A DNA stretch of 60,081 nucleotides from an uncultured Erysipelotrichaceae bacterium (GTDB taxonomy: Bacteria > Bacillota_I > Bacilli_A > RF39 > UBA660): NCBI GenBank assembly GCA_902788735.1, contig CADALJ010000002.1:1-60081 (forward strand), given 5' to 3'. The notes below the pieces were generated by a model that worked only from the letters and a program-made list of their open reading frames with translations, searched no databases and was not told the origin of the DNA. Numbering within the stretch: position 1 is the stretch's first letter; each line of letters opens with the position of its first letter. This document shows, one piece after another, positions 56,302 through 60,081 of this stretch. A program made the position numbers and the translations under genes.

Positions 56302-57299
56302 TTTTCCACCTTCTTTTCAAAATTAAATACTATGGCTCCTATTATTACTCCTACATAATAAGTAATAAATCTCCATAATAGAAGTACTGCAGATAATTTA
56401 TTTCCTACTATAAAGTTTCCAAAGAATTTTGTGAAACCATATTCAATTCCACCACTAGCTCCTGGTATTGGAATAAATCCACCTATAATATATACATAAG
56501 CAGAAGCAGTTATTGTATTATTTACTGTGAAACTAGTAAAATCTCCCATACCATATAGTAAAAACATAGGAACTATATATAAACATAATAGACTAATTAT
56601 ATTTAATAATACTCCACCTACAAATAGTTTTTTTCTTTTTCTTAATTCTTTAAATCCCTCATGGTAATCAGAAAACTTTTGTTTAATATCTTCTTCATCA
56701 ACTTTTCTTTTTAATTTTTTTAATACTTTAATACTCAAATCACTTAATTTATCAGTTACTTTTTTACTTCTTGAGATTAATATCAAAACTACTACTACTA
56801 ATACATTAATAATAAATCCTAATAGTACTAGTATTTGAAGTATTCTTACCTTTGGAAATATTGGAAATAAGAAGTTATTTATTACGGCAATACTTCCACA
56901 TATAACTAAAGCTATTTGATAGAATATAAAACTTTGTATTGTTTGATTAGTTGCTTTAGCTATAGGTATATCATGTTCCATTAGCATATATACTTCCATT
57001 GGTTGTCCACCTGTAGAAAAAGGTGTTACCCCATTAAAAAACTGTGTAATTATATTATGTTTAATTGCTTCTTTTAAACTTAGACGTTTCTTATCATTAG
57101 TTATTTTATAATTAACATAGCCTTTTATTACTATAAATAGTGCATAAAAAAGAAAAGCCAATAGTATATATTTGATATCAATTTTAGTTAGAATATCAAC
57201 TATATCTTTAAAGTCATCTTTTAATACTATGTATAATACAATACCAGTAATAATTAATAATAAAATTGTATTCTTTTTGATGTTTTTAATTATATTCAT
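56298..57299 (-). CDS. Flippase-like membrane protein (UPF0104 / LPG-synthase TM domain family)
   Basis: FFNGVTPFSTGGQPMEVYML motif and about eight TM helices. Confidence 0.7.
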   Translation of the reverse strand: MNIIKNIKKNTILLLIITGIVLYIVLKDDFKDIVDILTKIDIKYILLAFLFYALFIVIKGYVNYKITNDKKRLSLKEAIKHNIITQFFNGVTPFSTGGQPMEVYMLMEHDIPIAKATNQTIQSFIFYQIALVICGSIAVINNFLFPIFPKVRILQILVLLGFIINVLVVVVLILISRSKKVTDKLSDLSIKVLKKLKRKVDEEDIKQKFSDYHEGFKELRKRKKLFVGGVLLNIISLLCLYIVPMFLLYGMGDFTSFTVNNTITASAYVYIIGGFIPIPGASGGIEYGFTKFFGNFIVGNKLSAVLLLWRFITYYVGVIIGAIVFNFEKKVEK

Positions 57300-57799
57300 G
57301 ATATCATCCTTTGACTATTTTCTTTTTCTTCTTTTTCTTTTAATAAAACTATACTACCTTCTACTTCCCCTAGATTTTCATATCCTTTTAATTCAAGATA
57401 ATTAATTAAATAATTATCAGAAAAATCTGCTTTTATATATACTCTTTCCATACCTAGAGTATTAGTTGCATAATTAGTTGCATCTTCAATTAAGTTTCTT
57501 CTTTTATTTTTGTTAATTATATTAAATGGTTCAATACTACATTGTTTTAAGTCTCTTTCACCTTTTATATAACAACAATCTGTTATTCTTTCTGATTTTT
57601 CAGTGAATATAATTTCTTCAAAATCATTTTTATTAGGATCAAAATAGTCCTGTTCATTGATAGTTTCTCTTATTTTTTTAAAATATAGAGATGGTTTATC
57701 TACTATTTTATTTTCTTCTTCAAAAATAATCAATTTCTTTAAATGACTATCATTATATGGATTTAATAAAAATAATCTTTCTATATTCAACTTACTCAC
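57296..57799 (-). CDS. Hypothetical 167-aa protein (weakly GNAT-like C-terminus)
   Basis: ATNTLGMERVYIKADFSDNYLINYLELKGYENLGE. Starts directly after the pgk stop. Confidence 0.4.
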   Translation of the reverse strand: MSKLNIERLFLLNPYNDSHLKKLIIFEEENKIVDKPSLYFKKIRETINEQDYFDPNKNDFEEIIFTEKSERITDCCYIKGERDLKQCSIEPFNIINKNKRRNLIEDATNYATNTLGMERVYIKADFSDNYLINYLELKGYENLGEVEGSIVLLKEKEEKENSQRMIS

Positions 57800-58972
57800 C
57801 TACTTAATAATTTCTATACCTGGTAATTTCTTCCCTTCTAAGTATTCTAGTGTTGCTCCTCCACCAGTTGATGCATGATATACTTTATCTTTTAGCTTTG
57901 CAGTAGTAGCAGCAGCTACTATATCTCCTCCACCTAGAATTGTTTTTATATTATTATCAACTACATATTTTAATATTTTATCAGTACCTACTTTGTATTT
58001 AGAAAATTCATAAACACCTAATGGACCATTCCAAATAACTATTTTAGCTTTTTTTAGAATAGATTCAAATAGATTAACTGTTTTTTCTCCAATATCTAAT
58101 CCCATTTCATCAGTACTAATATCTTTAATATCTTTAGTTCTATATTTTTCATCATTAGTATATTCATTAGTTACTGCAACATCTACTGGTAGGATTATTT
58201 TATCTTTATATTTAGATAATATTTTCTTACAAAAATCTATATTTTCTTCATCTAATAAAGATTTACCTATTTCTAATCCTTCTGCTTTTAAGAATGTGAA
58301 TGCCATTCCTCCACCTATTAACACGTAGTCTGCCTTATGTACTAGGTTTTCTATAACACCTATTTTATCTGATACTTTAGCTCCACCTAATACTACTACG
58401 AAAGGATGAGTTGGTTTATCTAATTCTTTTAATACATTTACTTCTTTTTCTATTAAGAATCCAGCTGCGCTAGGTAAGTTAGATGCTATACCTACATTTG
58501 ATGCATGAGCACGATGGGCTGTACCAAAAGCATCATTTATAAATACATCTCCTAGGCTAGCCCAGTATTTTCCTAGTTCAGGATCATTTCCACTTTCTTT
58601 TTTGCCATCTAAGTCTTCGTATCTAGTATTTTGAATTAGAAGAACGTCTCCTTCTTCCATACTGTTAACTGTATCTTCTAGTTCTTCTCCTCTTGTTTCT
58701 TCACTAAACAAAATATCTTGTTTTAATAATTTTGCCAATCTCTCAGCTACTATTGATAAATCATTTTTCTTTAGATCTTCTTTTTCTTTTACTCTTCCTA
58801 GATGAGATAATAGAATAACTTTACAATCTCTATCTAGACAATATTTAATAGTTTCTAATGCTCCTTTAATTCTAGTATCATCTACTATTTTTCCATCTTT
58901 AATTGGAACATTAAAGTCACATCTAATTATTACTTTTTTACCGTCTATGTTTAAATCTTTTATTGTTTTCAT
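57800..58972 (-). CDS. pgk: Phosphoglycerate kinase
   Basis: RCDFNVP, NDAFGTAHRAHAS and STGGGATLEYLEGK. Confidence 0.97.
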   Translation of the reverse strand: MKTIKDLNIDGKKVIIRCDFNVPIKDGKIVDDTRIKGALETIKYCLDRDCKVILLSHLGRVKEKEDLKKNDLSIVAERLAKLLKQDILFSEETRGEELEDTVNSMEEGDVLLIQNTRYEDLDGKKESGNDPELGKYWASLGDVFINDAFGTAHRAHASNVGIASNLPSAAGFLIEKEVNVLKELDKPTHPFVVVLGGAKVSDKIGVIENLVHKADYVLIGGGMAFTFLKAEGLEIGKSLLDEENIDFCKKILSKYKDKIILPVDVAVTNEYTNDEKYRTKDIKDISTDEMGLDIGEKTVNLFESILKKAKIVIWNGPLGVYEFSKYKVGTDKILKYVVDNNIKTILGGGDIVAAATTAKLKDKVYHASTGGGATLEYLEGKKLPGIEIIK

Positions 58973-59037
58973 AAAAAATTCTCCTATCTATTTAAATTAT
59001 ACCATTTTTTTATAAATAAAAAAAGGATTTCTCCTTT

Positions 59038-60042
59038 TTATTTAGTCATTAAGTATTTAGCAGTTCTTACCATTTGTGCAGTATAACTCATTTCATTATC
59101 ATACCAAGAAACTACTTTAACTAATTGGCGTCCATCTACTTCTAAAACATTAGTAGAAAGTCCATCTACAAGTGAACCACAACGTCTACCGATTACATCA
59201 CTAGATACTATTGGATCCATTGTAAATTCTAATGTTTCATTAGTATGAGATTTTAATACTTCATTGATTTCTTCAGCTGTAGTGTTTCTTCCTAATTCTA
59301 GAGTTAAATCTACAACTGAACCTGTTGGTACTGGAACTCTCATTGCAGTTCCATCTAATTTACCAGCAAGATTTGGACAAACTAGACCTATTGCTGAAGC
59401 TGCTCCAGTTGATGCTGGAACAATATTTGCAGCACATGCTCTACCACGACGTGCTAAATGTCCTTTTTTATGAGCAATATCAAGTGATGCTTGGTCATTT
59501 GTATAAGCATGAACTGTAGTCATATATCCTTTAACTATTCCAAATTCTTTATCTAATACATCAACTACTGGTGCTAGACAGTTAGTAGTACAACTAGCTG
59601 CACTAATTATATCTTCATCACCAGTTAATATTTCATGGTTAACATTATAAACAATTGTTTTTAAATCACCTTTAGCTGGTGCTGAAATAATAACGTGTTT
59701 TGCTCCTGCTTCAATATGTTTAGAAGCATCTTCTTTCTTAGTGAATAGTCCAGTACATTCAAATACTACATCAATATCTAAATCTTTCCAAGGTAATAAT
59801 GCTGGATCTTTTTCAGCATATACTCTTACCTTTCTATCTCCTACTACAATGTAGTCTCCATCAGCCTTAATCTCATCAATTCTGTAATTTCTATGATTTG
59901 TATCATATTTTAATAAATAAGCAAGTTGTTCTGCATCTGTTAAATCATTGATAGCTACTACTTCAAATTCAGGATTTTCTTCCATTAATCTAAAACATAA
60001 TCTACCAATTCTACCAAAACCATTAATGGCTACTTTTATCAT
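59038..60042 (-). CDS. gap: Glyceraldehyde-3-phosphate dehydrogenase
   Basis: MIKVAINGFGRIGR, SCTTNCLAP and WYDNE. ATG at 60042 with an AGGAGA RBS. Confidence 0.97.
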   Translation of the reverse strand: MIKVAINGFGRIGRLCFRLMEENPEFEVVAINDLTDAEQLAYLLKYDTNHRNYRIDEIKADGDYIVVGDRKVRVYAEKDPALLPWKDLDIDVVFECTGLFTKKEDASKHIEAGAKHVIISAPAKGDLKTIVYNVNHEILTGDEDIISAASCTTNCLAPVVDVLDKEFGIVKGYMTTVHAYTNDQASLDIAHKKGHLARRGRACAANIVPASTGAASAIGLVCPNLAGKLDGTAMRVPVPTGSVVDLTLELGRNTTAEEINEVLKSHTNETLEFTMDPIVSSDVIGRRCGSLVDGLSTNVLEVDGRQLVKVVSWYDNEMSYTAQMVRTAKYLMTK

Positions 60043-60081
60043 TAAATCATCTCCTATATTATTATTATACAATATTATTAT

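Noticed and set aside
59264-59519. Two plus-strand ORFs of 69 and 64 aa
   Set aside because: Antisense to gap.
1-60081. Search for tRNA, rRNA, CRISPR arrays, transposase or integrase genes, and reverse transcriptases
   Set aside because: No candidate was found. Intergenic regions are all under 200 bp, and none shows cloverleaf-like or array-like structure.

Overview
Very AT-rich, densely coding window from a spore-forming Firmicute. Spo0A is present, stops are TAA/TAG/TGA and Trp is TGG, so the standard bacterial code applies. Almost every real gene is on the minus strand.

Backbone:
- 35.6-49.2 kb holds the complete S10-spc-alpha ribosomal protein cluster: rpsJ to rplQ, with secY, adk, infA, rpmJ and rpoA.
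- 26.2-30.1 kb holds the usual downstream block (EcfA-like ATPase pair, truA, rplM, rpsI), but in a rearranged and degenerate form.
- 54.4-60.0 kb holds gap, pgk and tpiA, followed by spo0A.

Accessory content:
- A minimal type VIIb-like secretion operon at 13.7-19.0 kb: EssC, a YukD/EsaB-like protein and two tiny helical proteins.
- An Abi_2 (HEPN-type) gene translationally coupled to an HtrA-like protease and two small unknown proteins at 10.1-12.6 kb.
- Three tandem PepF/M3-like HExxH paralogs and an SDR wedged between rplQ and the EcfA-like genes at 30.2-35.5 kb.
- A stand-alone holin plus M23 peptidase pair inside a peptidase and envelope gene cluster at 19.9-25.4 kb.
- A small islet between the S10 operon and spo0A: Y-family polymerase, XRE regulator, pentapeptide-repeat protein and an AAA_14/DUF4143-type ATPase.

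I saw no rRNA, tRNA, CRISPR array, transposase, integrase or reverse transcriptase.

Most notable anomalies:
- rplN encodes only 71 aa, an in-frame loss of about 51 codons.
- Both EcfA-like ATPases have degenerate catalytic motifs, and no EcfT gene is present.
- The T7SS locus lacks EssA, EssB, EsaA and any canonical WXG100 or LXG gene.
- Glycolipid genes are spliced into the gap-pgk-tpiA operon.

All family calls come from motif recognition by eye. No database search was run.
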